Assembly (NCBI GenBank): GCA_963841435.1
Contig: CAWJCS010000003.1
Location: 1,120,001 to 1,184,000, forward strand
DNA: 64,000 nt
Origin: an uncultured delta proteobacterium
Lineage (GTDB): Bacteria; Myxococcota_A; Polyangia; Polyangiales; Polyangiaceae
Reading direction: 5' to 3'
This document shows, piece after piece, positions 29,430 through 38,858 of this stretch (positions are counted from its first letter, which is position 1; each line of letters begins with the position of its first letter). Below the pieces are notes generated by a model. It was not told where the DNA came from. It saw only the letters and a list, made by a program, of their open reading frames with translations, and searched no databases. The translations under genes and the position numbers were made by a program.

Positions 29430-29464
29430 GTTTACAAATGTGCCGACATATTGGATCGTTGTAA
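29422..29464 (-). promoter_or_regulatory. Putative AbiEi operator/promoter
   Basis: Inverted repeat gtcggca(N12)tgccgac overlapping the start codon, plus a ttacaa/ttgtaa pair, in an AT-rich patch. Confidence 0.4.
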
Positions 29465-29948
29465 CAAGGCCGGCAAGCCAATCCGGCCTCAGCGGCGACT
29501 GAACTTCCCGCAGGGGGCGCCCATACGCGGGGCCGTCCGATGCCACGCGCCCCGAGACCTTGCGGTGCCCGGCCGGGGTCAACCCCGCTACCGGAACATC
29601 ACGAGCGGGTTCGGCTTCATCATGGAGATCCTCGCGCTCGGAGCCCGTTGAGATCCGCCACTACGGGACCGGGCCTGCGCTCGGCTTCCCAATGGGGAAC
29701 GCGATCGTGGCGCTCCACCTCCAGGAAGGGTCCCGCGGCCCGACGGCCCACTCGTACCATGCGCGAGCGTTGGCTCTCCCGCTCGCGCAGCGGATTCATC
29801 GCCGCGACGGGAGTGATTGGATTGGCCAGCAGGAGGATGACCGACGAAGTGCGCACACGCCTCCACGGCGTTGAGCCACCGGCGAGAAACCGGGCCAAGC
29901 GTCGCCCCACTTCTCGGCGCGGCTCGAATCGACTAAGGTCTCCCGCCC

Positions 29949-30335
29949 ATGAGCCCCCGCATCCAAGCCATCGTCACCAAGTTCGTCGAGGACCTCACAG
30001 CCGCAATCCAAGAAGAAGGCGCCGCCGCCTTCAAGGCCGCCATCGCAGGAGACGACGGCCCGCTTCCAATCCCCTACCGCCGAGGCAAGCCGGGCCCGAA
30101 GCCGAAGGCCGGCAAGCGACCAAAAGGGGCGAAGAGGACTGCCGAGGAGATCGACACCCTGACGAAGAGCCTGCTCACGGCGATCAAAAAGAAGCCCGGT
30201 CAGCGTATCGAGGAGATTGGCAAGGCCATGAGCGTGAGCACCAAGGACCTCGCGCTGCCGGTCGCGAAGCTGTTCGATGCGAAGGCGATCAGGACCACCG
30301 GAACTCGCAGAGCGACGAAGTATTTTCCGAGGTGA
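29949..30335 (+). CDS. Small basic DNA-binding protein (N-terminal helix, Lys/Pro linker, winged-helix-like C-terminus)
   Basis: 'KGAKRTAEEI', 'PGQRIEEIGKAM' and 'TTGTRRATKYF'. Confidence 0.7.
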   Translation: MSPRIQAIVTKFVEDLTAAIQEEGAAAFKAAIAGDDGPLPIPYRRGKPGPKPKAGKRPKGAKRTAEEIDTLTKSLLTAIKKKPGQRIEEIGKAMSVSTKDLALPVAKLFDAKAIRTTGTRRATKYFPR

Positions 30336-30345
30336 CGAGCGGACT

Positions 30346-30777
30346 TCAGAACAAGCCGCGCTGCCCGCTCGGCTTGTTCTTGGTGATGCTCTGCCAAATC
30401 TTGTCTCCCCGCTCGCTCTTCGACGCATAGACCAAGTAGTAGAGCGGCAGGTTCACGAGGACGCCGGCAAGCACGGCTCCCGTCTGAATGTCCTGGCACG
30501 CCTCGGCGACCGCTGGAAGATCGTCGCCGATGATCACCGCGGCATCCGACCAGAATTGAACCTGAGGCAGCGTCTTCGGCATCGACCTGCCCCGGTGAGA
30601 GTTCCGGCGAAGGTCCGCTGCCGCAGATACGAAGCCGTCATAGGCGCGGGCAGCCTCCGCCCAGTCCTGCACGACTCGGCTGCCGAAACCGAGGAGGTCC
30701 ACGAAGGCCACGTATTGCTCCCGCTTCTCTGCCATCAGCTTCGAGAGAATCCCGGAGTAACTGTCGCGCTTGGTCAT
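30346..30777 (-). pseudogene. Truncated class III nucleotidyl cyclase-like protein
   Basis: 'YVAFVDLLGF' and 'FWSDAAVI' metal-binding Asp motifs; the expected downstream 'RGG' segment is absent. Confidence 0.45.
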
Positions 30778-30914
30778 CGTGCTCGGCCCCGGGTCCAGCT
30801 TCCTCTAACTGCTCGCGTCGTCCGTGAAACGATAGCAGCCGCTCGGCAAAAGCGTTCGTAAGGAAGGCCCCGTCGGGATGCCCACGGTCAGTATTCGGAC
30901 CAGATCGGCGCCGT

Positions 30915-31445
30915 TTGACGCTGGGGAACCTCTACCTGACGAGCATCGACGCCGAGCTGCTCGCTGACGATGCGCCCCGGCTCGTGGGGCTGAGCGAGGA
31001 GACCACCTGCTACGTCACGCCCGAAGCCTTCGAAGGGGAGCCGTTCGCAGACTTCGTTGTCCATGAGGCCGCGCACATTTTCCACAACTGCAAACGGAGG
31101 ACCGTCGGTCTCACCGAGACGCGCACCAAAGAGTGGCTGCTCGACATCGAGTTCCGGAAGCGGGAAACGTTCGCGTACTCATGCGAGGCGTACTCCCGTG
31201 TGCTCGCTCGAGCGGCGAGCCCGAAGAAGCGAAGGGACCTCGCGGAGGAGTACGGTCGGAAGGTTCGAATCTCCGAAGACCGCGTGGATCCGGATGAGGT
31301 CGCGAGCATCGTCGTCGAGGCAGCGTCCTTGAGGAACGGGTGGAAGGTGATTCTCTCGAGGTGCGCCCCCCTACGACGTGCCAGCCGGGTTGCGACCGGG
31401 TCCGCGATGCTGGCCGAGGTGGACGCGGCCATCGTGAACTCGTGA
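30915..31445 (+). CDS. HExxH-containing hypothetical protein (possibly N-terminally truncated)
   Basis: 'DFVVHEAAHIFH' and 'RETFAYSCE'. Confidence 0.6.
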   Translation: MTLGNLYLTSIDAELLADDAPRLVGLSEETTCYVTPEAFEGEPFADFVVHEAAHIFHNCKRRTVGLTETRTKEWLLDIEFRKRETFAYSCEAYSRVLARAASPKKRRDLAEEYGRKVRISEDRVDPDEVASIVVEAASLRNGWKVILSRCAPLRRASRVATGSAMLAEVDAAIVNS

Positions 31446-31750
31446 CGCCGAAGACCTTCGAGGGTTACTGGCGCATCACGGAGACCGCCTTGTGGGACCG
31501 GGATGCGCTCGACATGATGGCTCCAGCGCACATCTCGTTTGGCGAGTCCTGCACGCTCGGGATGATCGCGATCACGGCGAGCCTCGACTGCAAGTACGAG
31601 GCCGACCGCGTCGAGTTCTCGTGTCTGGGCGATGACGACGGTGATTTGCTCGCCGGCAGGGGATGGGCCGAGATCGACGTGGCGGGCACCCTGAACGGCA
31701 TGTTGTTCATCCATGACGGCGACGAGAGCGGATTCACTGCCGAGAGGTCG
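31442..31750 (+). CDS. Small beta-rich hypothetical protein; native stop apparently lost where it abuts the integrase remnant
   Basis: GTG coupled to the upstream stop; 'FEGYWRITE..LWD', 'VEFS', 'GRGWA' and 'HDGDESGF', then low-complexity read-through to 32059. Confidence 0.55.
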
Positions 31751-32141
31751 GAACCGGGTCTTCCCTGCCGAGGCCCTTCCCAGGTACCGCCGCCGTCGTG
31801 CCGGACTCCCTCTCTCGACCGACCACGCGGGCCACAAGCTCCGGGAAGCCTTGACGCTGGCCGGACAGGAACGCCCGAAGCTCTTCCAACGCGACGTGAA
31901 CCGGATCCCCATGCGAGCCCACGACCTGAGAGCAACGTTCGTCACGCTCGCTCTGGCTCTCGGGAAGACGGAGGACTGGGTGACGCGCAGAACCGGTCAC
32001 TCGTCATCCATCATGCTCGCCCGCTACAGACGAGACGCCCAGACGATCCGCGAACATGATCTCGGCTGGCTCGTCAACCTCCACGAGCACATTCCCGAGT
32101 TCAAGAATTCGAACGCGGAGCCGGCGATATCGTCGGGATAA
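31751..32141 (+). pseudogene. Tyrosine recombinase/integrase C-terminal remnant
   Basis: Catalytic 'HDLRATF', 'TGH' and 'ARY'; N-terminal domains and the first catalytic Arg are absent; ends 74 bp from the tRNA. Confidence 0.8.
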
Positions 32142-32214
32142 CGTCGGGAAAGCCGACTCGGTTACTCAAGAATCGTTTTCGCCGTCGCCGACTTTCCGAA
32201 TCGTCTCGCTGTAG

Positions 32215-32296
32215 TGCACGAGGAGGGACTTGAACCCCCACACCTTGCGGTACCGGAACCTAAATCCGGCGCGTCTGCCAATTCCGCCACTCGTGC
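32215..32296 (-). tRNA. tRNA-Leu (anticodon TAG)
   Basis: GCACGAGTGGCGGAATTGGCAGACGCGCCGGATTTAGGTTCCGGTACCGCAAGGTGTGGGGGTTCAAGTCCCTCCTCGTGCA: acceptor stem, CCGGA/TCCGG anticodon stem, long variable arm and GTTCAA T-loop. CCA is not encoded. Confidence 0.95.
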
Positions 32297-32395
32297 GTCG
32301 GCGCGGAAGGTAGCACGGCGGGGCTTTAGCGTCGGCCACCTCGCGCGCGACGGCGCTCGGGTGCTTCTGCGCCACGCTCGTCCGCGTGGCGACGC

Positions 32396-33337
32396 TTAGC
32401 GTCCGTCGCGGCGACGCAATGCGTCGAGCGTTTTTCGGATGTCGTCGGGCATGGGCTCTTCGAACTGGAGCGGGGCGCCCGTCGTCGGGTGCGTGAAGCC
32501 GAGCTCGAAGGCGTGGAGCATCAGGCGCGGGGCGGGGAGGCGCTCGCCGGTGAAGGTTTTGCCGTAGACGCGCTCGCCGAGCAGGGGGTGGCCAGCCTCG
32601 GCAAGGTGGATGCGGATCTGGTGGGTGCGGCCGGTTTCGAGGCGACATTCGACGAGTGTCGCGCCTGGCAGGCGCTCGATGACGCGCACGTGCGTGATGG
32701 CGTCGCGGCCGAGGCGCGGGTTGTCCGTCGAGCCGCGGCGGCCGTCGCCGCGATCCTGGACGAGACGCGAGCGCAGCGTGCCGGCCTCGACGGCGCCGTG
32801 CGCGAGGGCGAGGTAGCGACGCGCCACGGTATGGAAGCGGAATTGCTGCTTTAGCGCACGTTTTGCCGCGAGGCTCCGCGCGAACACGACGAGGCCGCTC
32901 GTTTCTTTGTCGAGCCGGTGCACGACGCCGAGCGACGCGCCCGGGCCGAACCGGCGCTTCATGGCGGCTTCGACCAGCTCGGAAAGCGCCCCGCGCTCGC
33001 GCTCGTCGAACGGCACCGTGCTCACGCCAGCCGGCTTTCTCACGACGACGACGTGCGCGTCGGCGTGCACGATGGTCTCAGCGGGAAGCGTCGTCTCGGG
33101 CCGCGGCTTCGGCGCCGTCATGGTGACGGTGATGCGCGCGCCCTTCGACACCGGTCGCGCCGCGTCGAGCACGCGCTCGCCGTCGATAGTCACCTTGCCG
33201 GTCTCAATCAGCCGCCGGACGGCGGCCCAGCTCGTCTCGGGACGCAGCGCGCGAAGCGCCCGGTCGAGCCTGCCGTCGATGGGCGACGGGTCGCCCGCGG
33301 CGTCGCGCTCTGCGTCAGCGGGCGGTCTTGGGCTCAC
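32396..33337 (-). CDS. rluD: RluA/RluD family pseudouridine synthase
   Basis: S4 domain 'RLDRAL', 'KPAG', 'VHRLDKETSG', 'LETGRTHQIRIH' and 'MLHA..LGF.HP'. Confidence 0.88.
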   Translation of the reverse strand: MSPRPPADAERDAAGDPSPIDGRLDRALRALRPETSWAAVRRLIETGKVTIDGERVLDAARPVSKGARITVTMTAPKPRPETTLPAETIVHADAHVVVVRKPAGVSTVPFDERERGALSELVEAAMKRRFGPGASLGVVHRLDKETSGLVVFARSLAAKRALKQQFRFHTVARRYLALAHGAVEAGTLRSRLVQDRGDGRRGSTDNPRLGRDAITHVRVIERLPGATLVECRLETGRTHQIRIHLAEAGHPLLGERVYGKTFTGERLPAPRLMLHAFELGFTHPTTGAPLQFEEPMPDDIRKTLDALRRRDGR

Positions 33338-34298
33338 GGCGTGCGCTTCCAGCGCGGCGCGAGGTGCACCGAAAGGATGTCGCGGAAGAGCCCAACGTGT
33401 GCGCAATGGTCGAGCGGGCCGTTACCGGCGTAGCCGAGCACGTGCAGCCCCTTGCGATCGAAGCGGTCGATGAGCTCGAGTCCCATCGGGTCGCTGCTAC
33501 GTGGCTTCATGCGGCGCGAGTGCCCACCGACGGCGTCAACGAGGTAGTGCGAGGTCTCGGTGGTGGAGGCGTAGCCGGGCGGGACAATCGACGAGTGGCT
33601 CACGACCATCAGGCGCTTGCCGGCCGCTGCGAGCTTCGCAAACTGCACGAAAGGGCGAAGTGCCACCTACGTCGAGCCCATCGCCGACGTAGTCGCAGTG
33701 CAAGCCGTCGAGCAGCATCACGGCGTCAACGCGCTCGCGCGCCGCGGGCGAGCGCAGGATGGCTTCGACGGCGCCATAGCCCGCGCTCCAAGCGCTCAGT
33801 GCCACGCGTCGAGCGTGCGCCCCCTTCCTGCCGGTGCGCTCGGCGACGACACGCTCAACGTCGGCGAGCAAACGCGCGAACGCGTCCGGCGACTGGAACG
33901 CACTCTGGTACACGCCGGAGCCGTTGCCGAGCGTGATGCCGACGAACACTTCGTGACGCATGACGCGTACCCACTCTTTTCGCGCGGCGTCGTGACCGTG
34001 AAAATGAATGAGCAACGTCGAAGTCGCCGCGCGACGAGAGCTCGCGCGCAGGCGGCACGAGCACGAGCCCGGGCCCTTCGAGGTGCGCCCACGAGCGGTA
34101 GCGGCCGAAGCCGGGATCGGGAGTGTTGCAGGGATTTTCGCCACGCTCGGCGCTGGGTTTTTGCACCTGCGTCGCCGGCGCCGGCTTCACCAAGAACCAC
34201 GGCTTTGCGCCGCTGGGCTCCGCGCGCGACGCGGGTCCGACGAGGACCAGCGCGGCCGCGAGGGCCGCGCATCGTCGAACGCACCGAATCGCAAGCAT
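33334..34298 (-). CDS. Secreted alpha/beta-hydrolase-like protein, frameshifts near 34017 and 33665
   Basis: Three consecutive frames join: signal peptide…GDFDV | LIHFHG…'LSAWSAG'…'LLDGLH' | …'DHCAH'. Confidence 0.65.
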
Positions 34299-34464
34299 CC
34301 TGTGTCGAGCCACCAAACCACGTTGTCTCAGACGGGCGAGATCCCCTCAAGTTTTCGACTGAGACTGCACCGAAACACCCGCCCCGAGCCTTGCCTTAAG
34401 CGTTTTAGGGCGGTAACTTGCGCTCCCCGGGCTCGCCGCCCGCTCGCCTCGCAGGAGATTTCCC

Positions 34465-35190
34465 ATGCGCTTTGCTCTTTCTGGCTTCGGTTCGACCTTC
34501 GCCTTGCTGACCGCCGTCATGGCCATTTCCACCGTGGGCTGTGGCGCCAAAGGTGACGACGACGACAGCAGCAACACCGGCGGTACCGGGGGCACCGGCG
34601 GCAACCCGGTGGAGATGGTCTTCGCCTTCGACACTACCACCGAGGGCTTCACCTTCCAGGACTACGCGCCCGGCGACGCGATGTATCACAACATTTTTCA
34701 CGAAGACATGTCGTCCTGCACCCTCACGAACGACGGTGGTGACGGCTCGGACGGCATGCCGGGCCGCGCGAAGCTCGTCATGAACTTCAGCGACTGGAAC
34801 CAGCTCGCCGACATCCAGGTCAACTTCTCGGGCGACAGCGTGAAGAGCTGGCTCAACAAGAAGCTAAAGGCCCAGGTCATGCTCGAGACGGGCTTCTCGA
34901 CCAACCCGAGCTGCCCCGGCGGCACGTACATGTTCCTCAAGACAGGCGCCACCTACGTGTGGGCGCGTGGCCAGGAAACCAACCTGGACCAGACCGGGAT
35001 CGGTACGTGGAATACCGTCACGTTCACGGCCGACATTCCGAGCCAGGCGAACGACAAGTACGATCCGGCGGAGGTCGTGTCGATCGGACTGCAGTTTTAC
35101 TCGGGCAGCGGCACCAGCTGCCCGGAGATGCCGCGCCCGGTGACCGCGTACGTCGATTCGTTCACGGTCGAAAACGCCCCGGCCAACTGA
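34465..35190 (+). CDS. Lipoprotein with a galactose-binding-like/CBM domain
   Basis: Lipobox TVGC, Gly linker, 'FLKTGATYVW', 'WNTVTF', 'VSIGLQF' and 'YVDSFT'. Confidence 0.65.
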   Translation: MRFALSGFGSTFALLTAVMAISTVGCGAKGDDDDSSNTGGTGGTGGNPVEMVFAFDTTTEGFTFQDYAPGDAMYHNIFHEDMSSCTLTNDGGDGSDGMPGRAKLVMNFSDWNQLADIQVNFSGDSVKSWLNKKLKAQVMLETGFSTNPSCPGGTYMFLKTGATYVWARGQETNLDQTGIGTWNTVTFTADIPSQANDKYDPAEVVSIGLQFYSGSGTSCPEMPRPVTAYVDSFTVENAPAN

Positions 35191-35294
35191 GCGAGCACGA
35201 GCGCTCGCCGGCGTGAGCGTCGGCGGGCCCGCGGGCGCGAGGCGTCGCCCTGCGCACGTTGCGGGGTGGTGCGGGCGTCCGCTAACCTCCGGGC

Positions 35295-36572
35295 GTGCGC
35301 ACCGCAACCCGACTCGAGGCCGACGGCACCGCGACCGAGGTGCCGATGCGCGCCGTGGCCGAGGAGGCCGTGCGCGGCGGGATCTTCATCGTGCCGCGCT
35401 GCCTGGGTGAGTTCGGGCATTTCCAGACGATCCTCGCGACGACCGAGGACGTGCTGAAGGAGGTCGTCGGGCACGAGAAGGCCGAGGCCGTCCAGAGCCG
35501 TGGGTACCAGGCGATTCACGAGCTCCTGTCGCCGTCTGAGCTGATGACCGTCGCCGACGCCATCCAGCGTCGTCTCGAGCACGTGATGCCCCGAGCCGTG
35601 CGGGACCTGGTGGCGGGCGTTCTGCAGCACGACGGGGCCTTTCACTACGAGCTCCACCCGAACGTCCGCTTCCACGTTCCCTACGATGTCTACCGCCCCC
35701 ACGCGGCCGAGTACGAAAAGTACGCGCGCGATCACGGCGAGGGAAAGCTCTCGCCACACGACCCACATCGCGACCAGTGGTATCGCTGCCCCGAGAACGC
35801 CATCAACGTGTGGATCGCGATTGGCCCGGTGGAGCGCGGCAACGGGATGAGCCTTTATCCCGACCTTTACGATCGTCCGGTGCGGCGCGAAAAGAGCGGT
35901 AGCGTCTCGCACGATCAGCCGTTCGGGCGCCGCGTAAACTTCTCGCTCGAGCCCGATGACGCCCTCATCTTCCAGGGCCGGCACATGCACGCCTCGGAGC
36001 TCAACCGTACGCCGCACACGCGCTACGTCGTGAGCTTTCGCATGACGCTGAGCCGCCCGCGCGTCCGCAAGCTGTCGAACCACCACTACCTTTGGTCCGC
36101 GTACGATCGAGGCAGGCTAGGGCGCGCTCTCGGCCTGGGAGAGAAGGTCATTCGCAACCTGGAAACGGTGTTGAGCCCGACGCCGCGCGAGGAAGCGCCG
36201 GCCCTCGCCCCCGTGCCGGAGCTCGCCGCGCGCGAAGACGGCGGCACCCTCAGCTTCGCCGCCTCGGCCGTCACGGCGGACACGCTTTCGCCCCTGCCGA
36301 AGCGACTCTGCGCGACGCGCGTCAACGGCAAGGTCGTCGTGTTTCGGCGCATCTGCCCGCACGCCGCCGCGGATCTCGCGATGGGCTCGGTCGCGAACGG
36401 CGTCGTCTCGTGCCCCGAGCACAATCTGCCGTTCGACCTTCGCACCGGTAAGAGCCCCTGCACGTCTCTCGCGTCGTTGCGCCTGCTTCCCTCGAAGGAA
36501 GAAGACGGCGAGGTCGTCGTCACGCTGCGCGCGGATCGGACCGAAGCGACGACCGAGCCCACCCAAGCCTAG
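35295..36572 (+). CDS. PhyH-like Fe(II)/2-oxoglutarate dioxygenase fused to a Rieske [2Fe-2S] domain
   Basis: 'PHRDQWY' HxD, 'INVWIAI', 'HASELN..RYVVSFR', and C-terminal 'CPH…CPEH…FD..TG'. Confidence 0.75.
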   Translation: MRTATRLEADGTATEVPMRAVAEEAVRGGIFIVPRCLGEFGHFQTILATTEDVLKEVVGHEKAEAVQSRGYQAIHELLSPSELMTVADAIQRRLEHVMPRAVRDLVAGVLQHDGAFHYELHPNVRFHVPYDVYRPHAAEYEKYARDHGEGKLSPHDPHRDQWYRCPENAINVWIAIGPVERGNGMSLYPDLYDRPVRREKSGSVSHDQPFGRRVNFSLEPDDALIFQGRHMHASELNRTPHTRYVVSFRMTLSRPRVRKLSNHHYLWSAYDRGRLGRALGLGEKVIRNLETVLSPTPREEAPALAPVPELAAREDGGTLSFAASAVTADTLSPLPKRLCATRVNGKVVVFRRICPHAAADLAMGSVANGVVSCPEHNLPFDLRTGKSPCTSLASLRLLPSKEEDGEVVVTLRADRTEATTEPTQA

Positions 36573-36601
36573 CGTCCCGCGCGGCCGCGGTGAGCGTCTG
36601 G

Positions 36602-37867
36602 TTACTCGCCGACCGCGAGCAGGTGATCGCGAAACGTCATGGCGTAGTCGCTCGGGGGCTCGGCTCCCGAATAGCTCGAAATAAGAGCCCAGGGTTGTCC
36701 CTCGCTGCCGGCCGCGCGGGGGATGCACTCGGAGCCCGTGTTCCAGGACCATGCGAGATAGCCGATGTTTCGCGCGTCGAGCCAGCTCATCAGCGGCGTG
36801 AGGTAGGTGTCGCCGTTGCAATCCGACTGACCGATCTCCGTTGCGACGACCGGCACGACGGCGGCGACGCCGCCGGGCTCCGCGTCCCAGCAGGCGGAAA
36901 ACCGGCAGCGATTGAAGTCGTACGCGTGCCAGACGGCGCCCAGGTTGTCGAGCGGATCGACGGGCTCGTAGGCGAGCCACTGATTGAGCCCGTTCGAATA
37001 CTCGATGCCACCGAGCAAGATCAGGTGAGGCGCTCCCGTTTCGCGAATCGCGTCGACGAGCGCCTGCATGCCGACCGCCTCGTAACCTTCCATGGCGTTC
37101 CACGGGAAGGCTTCACAGCCGTTCAGCCAGCAATCCCAGGCGGCGTCGGTGTTGCGGTTTCTGTCGGGGTAGGGCTCGTTGAACGGCTCGAAAATGACGC
37201 CGTCGTTGTCGAGGAACGTGAGCGCCACGTCTCGCCAGAAATCCACGCTGTGGTCGGCGTTCGGCATCGGCATGAGCCCGTTCGGCACAACGTCACCCGG
37301 GGCGGACCAGTGAAGGTCGAGGATGGGCACGATGCCGAAGCGCTGCAGTCGCTGCACGTAGTCGCGAATCGCCTGCTGGTAGGGTTTCCCGGAAAAGCGG
37401 CTCGAAATCCCGGGACCGCCACGCCAGCAGCCCTCGTTGAGCGGGATGCGAACCGCGTTGATCTTCCAGGAGAGCATCGCCAAAATCGATTGGTTGGAGA
37501 CCTCTCCGTCGAAGATGCCGGAGCTCTTCGTGCAGGTGTACTCGCTGCCTGAACGATTGACACCGCGGAGGATCACCCGGTTGCCGTCCGCGTCGTGGAT
37601 CTCGTTGCCGACGGCGTGCAGTCCCGTCGGGGCAGGTAGCCCCGGCGGAAGCACGGCGCCCTCGCCGCCCTCGCCGCCCTCACCGCCCTCACCGCCCTCA
37701 CCGCCCTGCCCGCCCATGTCCGTCAACCCGCCGGAGCCGCCGGAGCCCGAGCGGCCGCCGGTCGATCCTGCGGCTCCGTCGTGGCTGTCGATGGCCCAGT
37801 CGCTGCCGCAGGCGTAGGCGGCGAACGATGCGACCAGAACGATCGCGACGGGACGCAGACGCGCCAC
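36602..37867 (-). CDS. GH5 endoglucanase lipoprotein (start uncertain)
   Basis: Lipobox AYAC; 'LRGVNRSGSEY', 'NAVRIPL', 'ILDLHW', 'FNEP', 'WHAY', 'TEIG' and 'YLAWSW'. Confidence 0.88.
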   Translation of the reverse strand: MARLRPVAIVLVASFAAYACGSDWAIDSHDGAAGSTGGRSGSGGSGGLTDMGGQGGEGGEGGEGGEGGEGAVLPPGLPAPTGLHAVGNEIHDADGNRVILRGVNRSGSEYTCTKSSGIFDGEVSNQSILAMLSWKINAVRIPLNEGCWRGGPGISSRFSGKPYQQAIRDYVQRLQRFGIVPILDLHWSAPGDVVPNGLMPMPNADHSVDFWRDVALTFLDNDGVIFEPFNEPYPDRNRNTDAAWDCWLNGCEAFPWNAMEGYEAVGMQALVDAIRETGAPHLILLGGIEYSNGLNQWLAYEPVDPLDNLGAVWHAYDFNRCRFSACWDAEPGGVAAVVPVVATEIGQSDCNGDTYLTPLMSWLDARNIGYLAWSWNTGSECIPRAAGSEGQPWALISSYSGAEPPSDYAMTFRDHLLAVGE

Positions 37868-37916
37868 GGGCCGGCGGAAGTCGGCGGGAAACCCGCCAGG
37901 CGTTCCGGCGGTAGCG

Positions 37917-38858
37917 CTACTCTTTCGTTTTGTAGAAAGAGACATCGTCGAGCCACAGGTCCCAGTCCCCTGCCGCAATCAAGAACTGAAGCTTCACGAG
38001 ATTCCCCGTGTCGAGCGGCCCCGGCACCTGAACGCCGAAGCCCTTCTGCACGAGGTCCCCGAACGGAATGGTGAAAAACTGCCACTCGTCCTTCAGCGTG
38101 ACGACAATGCCGCGCACGTCGCACTTCGAGGTATCGCTCGACTCCGTGCCTGCCTCGACGACGGACGCAGCGCTGACACACGCGGGGTCGCCGCCGGGGT
38201 TCGTGCTCGGATCACCCACGGCGACCGTGATTGCCGTACCGCCGGAGTCGCTGCCGCGCTTTGCCCAGAACGCCACGCCGTCCCAGCACGACGCGTCCAG
38301 ACCATCGACCCCCGCAGCGGCCCGCCCTTCCAGCGGGTCTCTGCAGCCGCCGCCACCGGGCAAGAGATCACCGATGGGCAATGTCTCGAGCTGCGCATTG
38401 CCACCCCAGCCGACCTTGCCGTTTTCCGACGGGCAGAGACCGAGGTCCCCGGCGCGAATGTTCAAACCTTGGCTCGGCGAACCACAGCGGCCCCCCACGA
38501 TCGGATCGCCTCCGAAGACGTCGCCCAAACCGGGGTGGATGCTGTTCGGGCTATGGCAGTCGTCCTGAAAGTTCCAGTACGCCTTGCAGGAGGCGGTGTC
38601 GTCGGCGACGAGCGGATTGCAAAGCGCCTTGGTCACCCCCGTGGGCTCGAAATCCATGATGGGGGTGAGCTCGAACGAATCCACGACCTCGCACCAGTCG
38701 GTCGGTTCCGTTTCCGGCGCCGTGGGCTCGGCCGCCGCGGGTCGCCCGTCGTCCGTGCCGCCGCAACCGGCGAGCGCGAAGCACAGCGCGAAAAGGGCCA
38801 CGGAGCCGAGCGAGGCGCGCGACGCATCGAGGCGGGCCAACCGCGCGCGCACCGTCAC
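37917..38858 (-). CDS. CBM11/CIA30-like carbohydrate-binding lipoprotein
   Basis: Lipobox LAGC; 'DASCWDGVAFWAK', 'FTIPFGDLVQKGFG' and 'WDLWLDDVSFY'; GTGA overlap with the upstream gene. Confidence 0.7.
   Translation of the reverse strand: MTVRARLARLDASRASLGSVALFALCFALAGCGGTDDGRPAAAEPTAPETEPTDWCEVVDSFELTPIMDFEPTGVTKALCNPLVADDTASCKAYWNFQDDCHSPNSIHPGLGDVFGGDPIVGGRCGSPSQGLNIRAGDLGLCPSENGKVGWGGNAQLETLPIGDLLPGGGGCRDPLEGRAAAGVDGLDASCWDGVAFWAKRGSDSGGTAITVAVGDPSTNPGGDPACVSAASVVEAGTESSDTSKCDVRGIVVTLKDEWQFFTIPFGDLVQKGFGVQVPGPLDTGNLVKLQFLIAAGDWDLWLDDVSFYKTKE

Larger units (their letters stand above)
25075..32266. mobile_element. Decayed integrative genomic island inserted at tRNA-Leu(TAG)
   Basis: Bounded by 54-bp att repeats; tyrosine integrase remnant next to the tRNA; arm-type repeats at both ends; toxin-antitoxin and hypothetical cargo. 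Confidence 0.88.

Noticed and set aside
29540-29940. Short ORFs between abiEi and the DNA-binding gene
   Set aside because: No frame gives a convincing protein; probably degraded sequence.
37658-37706. 9-bp tandem repeats here and 15-bp repeats at ~17165-17270 as independent repeat elements
   Set aside because: They encode Gly-rich (GEG/GGAS) lipoprotein linkers.
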